Below the pieces are notes generated by a model. The model saw only the letters and a program-made list of their open reading frames with translations, was not told the DNA's origin and made no database searches. The position numbers were made by a program, and so were the translations under genes. This document shows, in pieces, positions 19,830 through 29,906 of a stretch of 64,000 nucleotides of DNA (positions are counted from its first letter, which is position 1; each line of letters starts with the position of its first letter). The DNA is from Gammaproteobacteria bacterium (GTDB taxonomy: Bacteria > Pseudomonadota > Gammaproteobacteria > GCA-001735895), in the NCBI GenBank assembly GCA_009937625.1, contig JAACFA010000007.1, positions 7,939 through 71,938 on the forward strand, read 5' to 3'.

Positions 19830-21377
19830 CATGTTGGGATAGGTCGGGCCGCCGCCGCCTTCAGGCACGGTCCAGTGGATGTTCTGGCTCGGATCCTTGA
19901 TATCGCAGGTCTTGCAATGGACGCAGTTCTGGGCGTTTATCTGTAGCGCGGGCTGGCCCTCGAGCTCGACGATTTCGTATACTCCGGCCGGGCAGTAACG
20001 CTGCTCGGGGGCATCGTATTTCGCGAGGTTCAGCGCAATCGGCACGCTGTCGTCGCGCAACCGCAGGTGCGCCGGCTGGTCGTCGTCCGACGCCATCCGG
20101 CCTGGGATAATCGATTTTTGGATAGTCATCCTTGTGTCCGATCTGTTCGTGATCGGCGTGATGCCCCATGGTCCAGGGCGCCTTGCCGCGCAACAGGTAA
20201 GATTCGAGCGCGGCGTTGAACAGGCCCAGCCACAGCCCTTTCTGGAAACCGGGACGGATATTGCGCACCTTGTGCAACTCCTGCCACAGCCAGGAATTTT
20301 TGAGCATTTCAGGGTAGCCGCTGGCTTCCAGCGCCGGGCCCGGATTTTCCTCGTCGTACTCCACCGGCAACAGCTCGAACACGGCCTCGGCGGCGAGCAT
20401 CGCCGATTTCATCGAGGTATGGGTGCCCTTGATTTTCGGCACGTTGAGGAAGCCCGCGGTATCGCCCACCAGCAGCCCGCCGGGAAAGGTCAGCTTCGGA
20501 ATCGACTGCAGCCCGCCCTCGGATATGGCACGCGCGCCGTAGGAGACCCGGGTGCCGCCCTCGAAGATCGGCCGGATCGCCGGATGATTCTTGAATCGCT
20601 GAAACTCTTCGAACGGGCTCAGGTGTGGATTGCGATAATCCAGCCCGATAACAAATCCAACGGCGACCTGATTGTTTTCGTTGTGGTAGAGAAAAGACCC
20701 GCCATAGGTGTCCGACTTCAACGGCCAGCCGATGGTGTGCAGGGTGGCACCCTCGTCGTGCACCTACCGTAGGTTTGCGGTTCGACGCCCTCGCGCAGGT
20801 TGAACTTCTGCATCAGCTCGCCGGTCAGCGAGCCGCGGCAGCCCTCGGCGAAAATCGTCTGCCGGCCGAGCAGCTCGACCCCCGGTTCGAAGTTGTCGCC
20901 AGGCTCGCCATCCTTGCCGATACCCATGTCGCCGGTGGCGACACCGCGCACCGCGCCCGAGTCGTCGTACAGCACTTCGGCCGCGGCGAAGCCCGGAAAG
21001 ATTTCGACACCCAGCTCTTCGGCCTGCTCGGCGAGCCAGCGGCACAGGTTGCCGAGGCTGATAATATAGTTGCCCTCGTTGTGCATCTGCGGCGGGGTCG
21101 GCATCGAGATCGAACCCTTCTCGGTCAGGAACCTGAAGGCATCCGATTTCACCGGCACGTTCAGCGGTGCCCCTTTCTCTTTCCAGTCGGGGATCAACTC
21201 GCTTAGCGTGCGCGGTTCGATCACCGCGCCGGACAGTATATGCGCGCCGACCTCGGCACCCTTTTCGAGAATGCAGATAGTGAGCTCGCGTTCCTGTTCC
21301 TGCGCCAGCTGCGCGAGGCGAATGCCCATGGTCAGGCCCGACGGCCCGGCGCCGACGATGACCACGTCAAAATTCAT
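19827..21377 (-). pseudogene. etfD: Electron-transfer-flavoprotein:ubiquinone oxidoreductase (ETF-QO), disrupted by two internal deletions
   Basis: Three consecutive ORF pieces (21377-20770, 20763-20134, 20129-19827) align collinearly to ETF-QO. The first has MNFDVVIVGAGPSG...EPQTYG, the second ...HTIGWPL...[10 protein letters not shown], and the third ...[14 protein letters not shown]...[18 protein letters not shown]. At each junction about 12 and about 17 conserved residues are missing and the frame changes. The first and last pieces share one frame. Confidence 0.85.
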
Positions 21378-21755
21378 TGCTTCTCTTTCCACGATGATTC
21401 CCGGTTGGTTGTCTACGAAAAAGCCGCGGAAGTATACGCGACCCACGACTCTAACGCACATTCAGAATCGCACGATATACCCAGTACGACCGCAGTTCTT
21501 ACGAATAAACGACATCCATGAGCGCTCGCAAGGACGGCGCCGACACGAGGCTCGGGCGAAGGGATGAAGGCGACGCAGCGGGCAGCAAAAAGGCTGCGCC
21601 CTCGAATCAAGCGACGCAGCCTGCCAGGCTGGCTATCTGGAGGTAATGCTCGCGTCTCCGGATGATAAGCCTGTGTGATTCAAGCCAATTACTTGATTTA
21701 TTTACGACAATTCTTACTATGTTCGTAAAATTTGCAAGAATTAACATAATTTATC

Positions 21756-22436
21756 ATGCAGGACTTCTCGGCCGCATTCGGCCTGGCGTTTTCACTGATC
21801 GTGGGTGCCGACCCCGACCTGATCGAAATCATCGGCCTCTCCCTGCGCGTCAGCATTACCGCCGTGGTGATCTCGGCGCTGGTGGGTTTTCCGCTTGGCG
21901 CATTGACCGCGGTAGCGCGGTTTCCGGGTCGGCAGGCAATTGCTGTCACGCTGAATGCCCTGATGGGATTGCCGCCGGTGGTGGTCGGCCTGCTGGTTTA
22001 CATGGCGCTGTCCCGCGCGGGGCCGTTTGGCTGGATGGACCTGCTCTATACCCCCGATTATCGCCGCGTTATCGCGCCAGGTGTTGGAAGATATGCATCG
22101 CGAGTACGACGAACAGTTCCGCTCGTTCTGCATTCCGACCCACCGGGTCATCGGCGCCTTGATCTGGGATTCGCGTTACAGCCTGTTGACGGTCACCCTG
22201 GCCGGCTTTGGCCGCGCCATCGCCGAGGTCGGCGCGGTCATCATCGTTGGCGGCAACATCGATCACCTGACCCGCGTCATGACGACCGCGATCGCGCTCG
22301 AAACGTCGAAAGGCAATCTCGCGCTGGCACTCGCGCTCGGCTTTATCCTGCTGATACTGGCGCTATCGGTGAACGCGGCGGTTTACGCGCTGCGCGCCAG
22401 CGCTCGCCGACTCTCCTATGCCTGACGCGTCGCTAA
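21756..22436 (+). pseudogene. tupB: Tungstate/molybdate-type ABC transporter permease, frameshifted
   Basis: The N-terminal part in frame 1 reads ...GPFGWMDLLYTP. The C-terminal part, in the next frame from about 22050, matches the TupB C-terminus (AGFGRAIAEVGAVIIVGGNIDHLTRVMTTAIALETSKGN). The shift sits at a C5 homopolymer near 22049-22054. Confidence 0.7.
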
Positions 22437-23161
22437 CGATGTCATCGAAAACCGCTGCCTCGCTGTTGCCCCTGGAGGTCGATGCGCTGTGCTACCGGGT
22501 AGAGCGGGAGGACTTGCTGAAGGATATCAGCGTGACCGTGGATAGCGCGGGTATCACCGGGATCCTGGGGCCCAACGGCGCCGGCAAAAGCCTGTTCTTG
22601 CGGCTGCTGCACGGCTTGCTGGAACCCGTGTCCGGGGAGATTCGCTGGCATCACCAACGGCTCGACAAAACGATACGTCGGCGCCAGGCACTAGTATTTC
22701 AAAAGCCGGTGCTGATGCGCCGCTCGGTGGCGGCGAATATCGATTTCGTGTTGAACCCGGGCACTCGCTCCAGGCAGCGGCGCGACGAGGTACTGCAGCA
22801 TGCGGGCCTGTACCGGCAGCGCAGTCAACCCGCGCGGTTGCTGTCCGGCGGTGAGCAGCAAAGGCTGGCGCTGGCACGCGCGCTCGCGACCGAGCCCGAA
22901 GTGCTGCTGCTCGACGAACCTTGTGCCAGCCTCGACTCGGCCACCACCCTGCAGATCGAAAACCTGCTGCAGGAAACTTCCGCGCGCGGGGTAAAGATTG
23001 TCCTGGTGACCCACGACATCGGCCAGGCGCGGCGCCTGGCGGACGACGTCATCTTCATGCACGGCGGCCGTCTGCTCGAGTATCAAACCGCCAGCACGTT
23101 TTTCGATTCTCCGTCGAGCTCACAGGCCCGGGCTTATCTCGACGGCAAGATCGTCATTTAG
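22418..23161 (+). CDS. tupC: ABC transporter ATP-binding protein (TupC-like)
   Basis: Walker A motif GPNGAGKS, signature LSGGEQQR and Walker B motif LLLDEP. It overlaps the tupB end. Confidence 0.75.
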   Translation: MPDASLTMSSKTAASLLPLEVDALCYRVEREDLLKDISVTVDSAGITGILGPNGAGKSLFLRLLHGLLEPVSGEIRWHHQRLDKTIRRRQALVFQKPVLMRRSVAANIDFVLNPGTRSRQRRDEVLQHAGLYRQRSQPARLLSGGEQQRLALARALATEPEVLLLDEPCASLDSATTLQIENLLQETSARGVKIVLVTHDIGQARRLADDVIFMHGGRLLEYQTASTFFDSPSSSQARAYLDGKIVI

Positions 23162-23197
23162 TCGATCGCAACGCAACCAGTAAGACAGGAGAAAATA

Positions 23198-24019
23198 GTG
23201 AAGCAGCTGGTCAAAAATACCCTGGTAGCCGCAGCGCTTACCGTTATTGGCGGCGGCCAGGCCTGGTCGGCCGAAACCTCGATTATCGTCCAGTCCACGA
23301 CGTCGACCGCTAACTCGGGTCTCTACGACCACCTGCTGCCGATGTTCAAGCGCGAGACCGGCATCACCGTCAACGTGGTTGCGGTCGGAACCGGGCAGGC
23401 TTTGAAAAACGCCCGCAACTGCGACGGCGACTTGCTGCTGGTACACGCCAAATCCGCGGAACAAAAATTTGTCTCCGAGGGTTACGGTGTCGAGCGTCAT
23501 GACGTCATGTATAACGATTTCATTTTCGTCGGACCGCCTGCCGATCCCGCCTCGATCGCCGGGAGCAAGTCCGCGCTCGACGTCCTGGCCCGCATCTCCA
23601 GCAGCCAGTCGAAATTTGCCTCGCGCGGCGATAACTCGGGCACACACAAAAAAGAGATGGCGCTATGGAAAGAAGCCTCTATCGATCCGACCCAGGGAAG
23701 CGGCAAATGGTATCTCGAGACCGGTTCGGGCATGGGCGCGACGCTCAACGCCGCGGTCGGCAGCGGCGCCTACACCATGACCGACCGGGCAACCTGGATC
23801 AGCTTCAGGAACAAGCAGGATTTCGAGATCCAGCTCGAGGGCGACGACGCGCTGTTCAATCAATACGGCATCATCATGGTCAACCCGGAAAAATGCGACC
23901 AGGTAAAGCGCGAGGCGTCACAGCGCTTTATCGACTGGATCCTGTCGGACAGCGGACAGGCAGCGATCGCGGCCTACCAGATGAACGGTCAACGACTGTT
24001 TTTCCCCAACGCCAGGTAG
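23198..24019 (+). CDS. tupA: Tungstate/molybdate ABC transporter periplasmic binding protein (TupA/WtpA family)
   Basis: Signal peptide followed by a PBP fold, with TSTANSGLYDHLLP and VVAVGTGQAL...DLLLVHA motifs typical of TupA. Confidence 0.75.
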   Translation: MKQLVKNTLVAAALTVIGGGQAWSAETSIIVQSTTSTANSGLYDHLLPMFKRETGITVNVVAVGTGQALKNARNCDGDLLLVHAKSAEQKFVSEGYGVERHDVMYNDFIFVGPPADPASIAGSKSALDVLARISSSQSKFASRGDNSGTHKKEMALWKEASIDPTQGSGKWYLETGSGMGATLNAAVGSGAYTMTDRATWISFRNKQDFEIQLEGDDALFNQYGIIMVNPEKCDQVKREASQRFIDWILSDSGQAAIAAYQMNGQRLFFPNAR

Positions 24020-24041
24020 CGCGAGACTGCGAGTAAGCCGA

Positions 24042-24944
24042 CTATCCCAGGTCTGCCGCGTTGAAATGCACCCGGAACTGGTCGTCGATAGTGTATCCGG
24101 CCAGGGCCGCCGCGTGCTCGCGAAACGCGGTCGTCTGGCAAAACCGCAGTAGCGACTGCCAGGTCGGCTCGAACCATGCGCGCCGATCGACCAGTATGTC
24201 GTAGCGTTCGTCGATCACCGGCACGTAACCGAGGCGATGCTGGGCGGCCAGCGAAGCGAGGCCGAAGGTGGCGGCGGCGCGACCTTCGACGACTTCGATA
24301 ACCGCATCGGATTCGCTGCGCGTCGGCGGCGACCAATTGATACCGGACGCATCGACCTGCTGCTCCCGCATCAGCGCCTCGAGCAAGATCTGACTGCCGG
24401 CCTCGGCTTGCCGCGGCACCATGGTCTTGCCGACCAGGTCGCCTAATCCCGCGTACTCCTGCACCGCCTCTGGTGGCACGATAATGCCGCGCGAACGCTT
24501 TGCCCACTCCACCAGCACGACACCGCCACGGGCAAAACGCGACTCGACCTGCGCGTTGTTCCAGCTGCCGCTCGGGGCATCGTAGAGATGCAGCCCGGCC
24601 GCGATGCCCTCGCGATTAGCAAAACGCGACAGGCCGTCGAGGCTACTGTCGAAATAGCTGGCCAGGCCGCAACAGGAGGCTCGCAGCGCCCATTCCAGCA
24701 GCGGGTCATGGCTGCCGACGATCACCAGCGGCCGCGGCACGTCGGCACGCGGCGACGCAGCGGCAGGATGCGTTTCGTTCTGCGCCAGCCAGTCATCGAT
24801 TGCGTCGCGCGGAAACAGCAGCTTGCCGGTGGCACGGGTACAGGGTACCGCTCCCGAGGCCACCAGGTCGTAGACCTTGCGCTCCTTGATTCGCAGCAGT
24901 TCGGCGAGTTCCCTGGTGGTAAGATATTCAGTCAACGGCGGCAC
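24042..24944 (-). CDS. HTH (MerR/excisionase-like HTH_17) plus PBP-like-domain putative oxyanion-responsive regulator
   Basis: The N-terminus reads LTTRELAELLRIKERKVYDLVASGAVP and the C-terminal 220 aa form a periplasmic-binding-protein-like domain. It is convergent with tupA. Confidence 0.55.
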   Translation of the reverse strand: MPPLTEYLTTRELAELLRIKERKVYDLVASGAVPCTRATGKLLFPRDAIDDWLAQNETHPAAASPRADVPRPLVIVGSHDPLLEWALRASCCGLASYFDSSLDGLSRFANREGIAAGLHLYDAPSGSWNNAQVESRFARGGVVLVEWAKRSRGIIVPPEAVQEYAGLGDLVGKTMVPRQAEAGSQILLEALMREQQVDASGINWSPPTRSESDAVIEVVEGRAAATFGLASLAAQHRLGYVPVIDERYDILVDRRAWFEPTWQSLLRFCQTTAFREHAAALAGYTIDDQFRVHFNAADLG

Positions 24945-25104
24945 GGCGTTCGAGGGTGACGGGCCAATTTAGCACAGTCGCCGCGGCCGCAAAAGCAGGT
25001 GGAAACATGCCCGGGCCGCGGTGAACGCGTATACCCGAACAAAGAGCCTGGTTTGCGACCGTTGCTGCCTTAACCGCATTCCCGCAGTCCCCGGGGAAAC
25101 TTTG

Positions 25105-25893
25105 TCAGACGTTATCCGGCGCCTTGAAGGTGATCACGAGCACATCGCGGAAAGCCTCCGACTCCGGATCGAGCAGGGTGATCGGGGTGACGCCGTGATA
25201 GACGCGACGATCGTTGACCAGCACCATATCGAAGGTCTCGCGCAGCATGAATTCGCCCACCAGGTTGTTGTCGAGATCGAAGATCGTGGTCGCGCCGCTA
25301 TCGATGTTGACACGCTTGATCATGACGACGATGACAAAATCGACGCCGTCGCGATGCACGCCTTCGGGGGTCGGCTTGCCCAGCTGGCCGTCGCGCGCCT
25401 CGATGCGGAACTGGTGCAGCTCGATATGCCACTGGTGATTGCCGCTGAGCTGGCTGAACACCCGGTTACCGAATTCGAGCAGCGCGGCCAGCGTCAGGCT
25501 TTGGTGCAGGTCGTCCAGAATCGGCGCGAAGTAGCGCGCCACGCCGCCATTCAACGGATTGTAATCGACGGTCTGGTAGTGCGGCTGATACGGCATTCGC
25601 TGTGCCGGCTCGCCCGGGTTCTGGATTGCGTAGACCGCGTGACGGCGCTTGCGGTACTTGCCGCCATCGGCCATGTACTGGTCCTGCTCGAGATGTCCCC
25701 AGCTATCGAGGAAGGTCTGGTCGTCACCGATCGGCGCGCGCGCCAGCGCCGACAGCAACTCGATGGCCTGGCCGGAGTCGACGAACAGAAAATCATCCGC
25801 GCCCAGGCGTTCGACGATAGCGGTAATTTGCAAAGGATCGGCCTCTAGCCTGTCAGCTTTGACAATCGTCGACTGGCCGACCGCGCGGCGCAA
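25105..25893 (-). CDS. 2OG-Fe(II) dioxygenase family protein (PF10014-like, the isoleucine-hydroxylase family)
   Basis: 262 aa with an HRDG...H facial-triad pattern (GVHRDGVDFVIVVMI ... RVYHGVTP). Confidence 0.5.
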   Translation of the reverse strand: MRRAVGQSTIVKADRLEADPLQITAIVERLGADDFLFVDSGQAIELLSALARAPIGDDQTFLDSWGHLEQDQYMADGGKYRKRRHAVYAIQNPGEPAQRMPYQPHYQTVDYNPLNGGVARYFAPILDDLHQSLTLAALLEFGNRVFSQLSGNHQWHIELHQFRIEARDGQLGKPTPEGVHRDGVDFVIVVMIKRVNIDSGATTIFDLDNNLVGEFMLRETFDMVLVNDRRVYHGVTPITLLDPESEAFRDVLVITFKAPDNV

Positions 25894-25899
25894 CGGCTG

Positions 25900-26886
25900 T
25901 CATCGTAAAAAACGCGTGGTTACGAAACGATCGTAATTTTCCAGCGGCTCGCCGAGCTGTCCGTGAGTCGCAAGAAAGTCGGCGAGGTCGCTGATGTAGT
26001 CGCCCACCTCGGCGCCCATCCAGGCTTCCGATTTCTGCTGCTCGATCGACAGAAAACTAAACTCGGAAAGGGCCCGGTCGGCGACCCCCTGGTCCATTTG
26101 TGCCGCGCGCGCGATCGCCGCTCGCATCGGATCGGGATTCAGCTGCCACTGCTCGTTGGCCGCCCCAACCACATCCATGAAGGCCTGCACCATTTCCGGA
26201 TGCTCGTTCATGAAAGCGGTAGACACCGTGATCGCATCGAACAACCTGAGTCCGAGTGCTTCCTGCTCGGCCCCGGAAAGCAACGGCTTGCCAAGCGTGC
26301 GGATAGCCCGCAGAACACCGCCGGAGGCGCAGGCCATGACCACTTCGCCCCGCTGCAGCGCGCTGGCCGTTGCGGTGCCGTCGTCAGTGGCCACGATCTC
26401 GACCTGCGATTCGTCGATCCCGAGATGCTCCAGTACCCGCAGCATGCGATAGTGGCTGAGGCTGCCGGGAGACACCGCGACCTTGCTGCCGGCGAGCAGC
26501 GCGGCATTGTCGCGCGTGATTCCGACGTTGTCCGGGACGATGCAATTATCGTTTTCGGGATATACGCCGGCAATGCCGACCATGGTCAGGTCCAGGCCCT
26601 CGGTGATGCCCACCAGGAACGGGACATGCCCCTGCGAGTAGGCAATTTGCACACGCTTCTCGGCCAACGCGGTGCTCATCGCGTTACCGTTGTCGAACGG
26701 CACCCAGTTGACGCTCACGCCGAGCGCGAAGTCGAAGGTTTTCGTGTCCTGGGCAAACTGGGCCGGGCTCGGCCACTGAGTTACGTAGCCAATGGAAATC
26801 TCCGTTGGCTTATGACCCGCGGCACTGCCGGCGCCCGAGAACAGGCCGACCCACAGTGCCGCAAAGAGGATAATACCGCGCTTCAT
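25900..26886 (-). CDS. NMT1/TauA-like ABC transporter periplasmic substrate-binding protein (sulfonate/taurine type)
   Basis: Signal peptide followed by an NMT1-like fold. No cognate permease or ATPase gene is adjacent. Confidence 0.7.
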   Translation of the reverse strand: MKRGIILFAALWVGLFSGAGSAAGHKPTEISIGYVTQWPSPAQFAQDTKTFDFALGVSVNWVPFDNGNAMSTALAEKRVQIAYSQGHVPFLVGITEGLDLTMVGIAGVYPENDNCIVPDNVGITRDNAALLAGSKVAVSPGSLSHYRMLRVLEHLGIDESQVEIVATDDGTATASALQRGEVVMACASGGVLRAIRTLGKPLLSGAEQEALGLRLFDAITVSTAFMNEHPEMVQAFMDVVGAANEQWQLNPDPMRAAIARAAQMDQGVADRALSEFSFLSIEQQKSEAWMGAEVGDYISDLADFLATHGQLGEPLENYDRFVTTRFLR

Positions 26887-26912
26887 GGGCAGGGCATTAT
26901 CCCCGTTGCCGA

Positions 26913-28283
26913 CTACATTTCAAGATTGCCCAGCGCAACATCGATCGAGTTGATAATTTCATCGATGTCGTCTTTGGTACAGATCAATGCCGGGCTCAGG
27001 CACAGGGTATTGTTGTACTTCGGCAGGCTGCGATTGGTGCGACCGATCATGACGCCCTGCCTGAGGCAATCGGCCGCAACCCCGGCAACCAGGTTCTCGT
27101 CCAGCGGTTCGCGGGTTTCACGATCCTTGACCAGCTCGGCGCCGAGAAACAGCCCCTTGCCGCGCACGTCGCCGATGATCGGGTACTTGTCCTTGAGCTC
27201 GTGCAGACGCTCGAGGCAGTAATCGCCCTGCTTGACGACGTTGTCGAGCAGGTTCTCCTGCTCGATGATGCGCATGTTTTCGAGCGCCGCGGCGGGTCCG
27301 CCGGCACAGCCGCCGAAGGTGCTGATATCGCGGAAATAGTGCATCTTGTCGCTGGGTTCGGCGAGGAACTCGTTGAACAGGTCCTCGGTAGTGGCCAGCA
27401 CCGAGATCGCGGCGTAGCCGCTGGCGACACCCTTGGCCATCGTAACCATGTCGGGCTTGACGTCGAAATGCTGGTAACCGAACCATTTGCCGGTGCGGCC
27501 CATGCCGCAGACCACTTCATCGATATGGATCAGCACGCCGTACTTGCTGCAAATTTCCTGCACGGTCTCCCAGTATCCCTCGGGCGGCACAATGACGCCG
27601 CCGCCGGCGGTGATCGGCTCGAGGCAGATCGAACCGACCGTGTCGGGATCTTCCGCGAGAATGACCTTCTCGATGTCCTTCGCCGCCTGCACGCCGTAGT
27701 CCGGGTCCTCGCCGCGCGGATCGCGGTAGGCGAGACAGTGCGGAACCTCGACGAAACCCGGGGTGAACGGGCCGTACTGGTCCTTGCGCTGCGCCTGGCC
27801 GCCGGCGCTCAGGGTCGTAATCGTGGTGCCGTGATAATCGCGGTCGCGGTAGAGAATCTTGTGCTTCTTGCCGTCGTTCTTCATCGCGGCGAGCTGGCGC
27901 ACCAGCTTGAAACCCTTTTCGTTGGCCTCGGAACCCGAGTTAGCGTAGTAGACGCGCGACAGGCCCGGCATCTTGTCCACCAGTTTCTCGGCAAACTGCG
28001 CACCGGGAATATTGCCGGCCGAGTTGGCGAAGTAACACATCTTGACGATTTGATCGCGCACCGCGTCGGCGATGCTTTCGCGGCCGTAACCAACGTTGAC
28101 GGTCCAAACGCCGCCGGAAACGGCGTCGAGGTATTCGCGACCATTATGATCCTTGACGCGCAACCCCTTGCCCTCGACGATGACCATCGGGTCGGTAGTC
28201 TGCCAGGGCTTGTGCTGTACCAGGTGATGCCACAGGTGGTTTCTGTCGCTGCCTACGATTTCATTGATATTCTCGGGTTTCAT
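26913..28283 (-). CDS. tpa: Class-III (omega) aminotransferase, likely taurine:pyruvate aminotransferase
   Basis: 456 aa with a PLP-lysine region HIDEVVCGMGRTGKWFGYQHFDVKPDMVTMAKG. It is divergent from tauR and adjacent to xsc. Confidence 0.65.
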   Translation of the reverse strand: MKPENINEIVGSDRNHLWHHLVQHKPWQTTDPMVIVEGKGLRVKDHNGREYLDAVSGGVWTVNVGYGRESIADAVRDQIVKMCYFANSAGNIPGAQFAEKLVDKMPGLSRVYYANSGSEANEKGFKLVRQLAAMKNDGKKHKILYRDRDYHGTTITTLSAGGQAQRKDQYGPFTPGFVEVPHCLAYRDPRGEDPDYGVQAAKDIEKVILAEDPDTVGSICLEPITAGGGVIVPPEGYWETVQEICSKYGVLIHIDEVVCGMGRTGKWFGYQHFDVKPDMVTMAKGVASGYAAISVLATTEDLFNEFLAEPSDKMHYFRDISTFGGCAGGPAAALENMRIIEQENLLDNVVKQGDYCLERLHELKDKYPIIGDVRGKGLFLGAELVKDRETREPLDENLVAGVAADCLRQGVMIGRTNRSLPKYNNTLCLSPALICTKDDIDEIINSIDVALGNLEM

Positions 28284-28406
28284 CGCACTCTCCGCGGGCT
28301 CAGGGCTGCCTTCACAATGGATTGGGGGAATCAGAGGCTAAATTGAAAGGAACAGGATACAATAGAGCCAGATTATGCCTATTGATGAGACCACACGCCA
28401 GGCAAG

Positions 28407-29847
28407 ATGTTAAATCGCAGCGACAACATGATGTGGAGCCAGCTGTTCCGGCTGTCGCGGGACCGCAAGGTCAGCTACCAGCGCCAGCTGCGCGAGATGA
28501 TCGTCAGCGCGATTCTCGACGACAAGCTGCCGCTCGAAGTGCCGCTGCCGTCGTCGCGCGAACTCGCACGCCATCTCGGCATCGCGCGCAATACCGTGGT
28601 GCTCGCCTACCAGCAGCTGATCGACGAGGGTTACCGGGCGCGTGCGCGTCGACCCGGTGCATCTCGACGGCGAGCATCAGCCGCCCGACTGGAACCGGCA
28701 TATCAAGTTTCATCCGTCGCAGCAGCGTAACATCGTCAAACCGCTGGACTGGAAGCAGTACCCCTACCCGTTCCTGTTCGGACAACTCGATCCCGACCTG
28801 TTCCCGGTGGCGGACTGGCGCGAGTGCTGCCGCCAGGCGCTCAGCGTCAGCGATATTCGCGACGTCACCCCGGACCGGATCGATATCGACGACCCGCTGC
28901 TGATCGAGCAGATCCAGGCGCGTATCCTGCCGCGCCGCGGGGTGTGGGCGGCACGCGACGAAATCCTGATTACGATGGGTGCGCAACAGGCGCTTTACAT
29001 CCTCGCCGACCTGCTGATCGAAAAGGGCACCCGTGTCGGCATGGAAAATCCGGGCTACCCGGACGCGCGCAACATTTTCGAACTCAAATCGCCGCGCATG
29101 ATACCGCTTGCGGTCGACGACCGGGGCGTAGTGCCGGGCAAGGATCTGAATTCCTGTGAATTCATCTATACCACCCCGAGCCACCAGTCGCCGACCACCG
29201 TCACGATGCCGCTGGAACGCCGCGAGCATTTGCTGAAGCGGGCCGAGAAGCACGACTTCCTGATTATCGAGGACGACTACGAGAGCGAGATCAACTTTGT
29301 CGGCGAACCGACGCCGGCGCTGAAAAGCCTCGACGCCAGCGGCCGCGTTATCTATGTCGGCAGTCTGTCGAAAACGCTGGCGCCCGGGCTGCGCCTCGGC
29401 TACATGGTCGGGCCGAAAGCCCTGATCGAAGAGGCACGGGCGCTGCGTCGCCTGATGGTGCGGCATCCACCGGCCAACAACCAGCGCATCGTCGCGCTGT
29501 TCCTGTCGATGGGGCATCACGACTCGCTGATTCACCGCCTCAGCCAGACCTACCAGGACCGCTGGGAGGTCATGGGCAAGGCGCTCAACCGGCATTTACC
29601 CGAATCATCGCGCATCCCGTCGTTCGGCGGGACTTCCTACTGGGTCGAGGGTCCCGCCAGCCTCGATACGCGCCAGCTCAAGGAAAAGGCGCGCAACGCC
29701 GGTATCCTGATCGAGTCGGGTGACATCTGTTTCATGCAGGACGATCCGCCACAGAATTTCATTCGCCTCGGCTATTCGTCGATAGCCGCCAATCGCATCG
29801 AGCCCGGCATCAAGAAGCTCGCTGCCCTGATCCACGAGATGATCTGA
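28407..29847 (+). pseudogene. tauR: MocR/GntR-family regulator TauR (HTH plus aminotransferase-like domain), frameshifted
   Basis: The HTH domain (28407 to about 28640, ...LAYQQLIDEGY) and the 400-aa aminotransferase-fold domain (28642-29847, with the PLP lysine in YVGSLSKTLAPGLRLGY) lie in different frames. The junction is at about 28640-28650. Confidence 0.75.
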
Positions 29848-29886
29848 CCCGGGATTTCCTGACACCGTCAGACCCGTAAAACCGTC

Positions 29887-29906
29887 ATGCCCGCAAAAGC
29901 GGGCAT
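29887..29906 (+). terminator. Hairpin after tauR
   Basis: atGCCCGCaaaaGCGGGCat followed by ctcctatttat. Confidence 0.4.

Noticed and set aside
26913-28283. Class-III aminotransferase as PbfA-type 1-hydroxy-AEP ammonia-lyase rather than Tpa
   Set aside because: The gene is divergent from tauR and adjacent to xsc. No phnX-type gene is present, and phnW already supplies the AEP route. The Tpa assignment is kept, but sequence alone cannot exclude PbfA.
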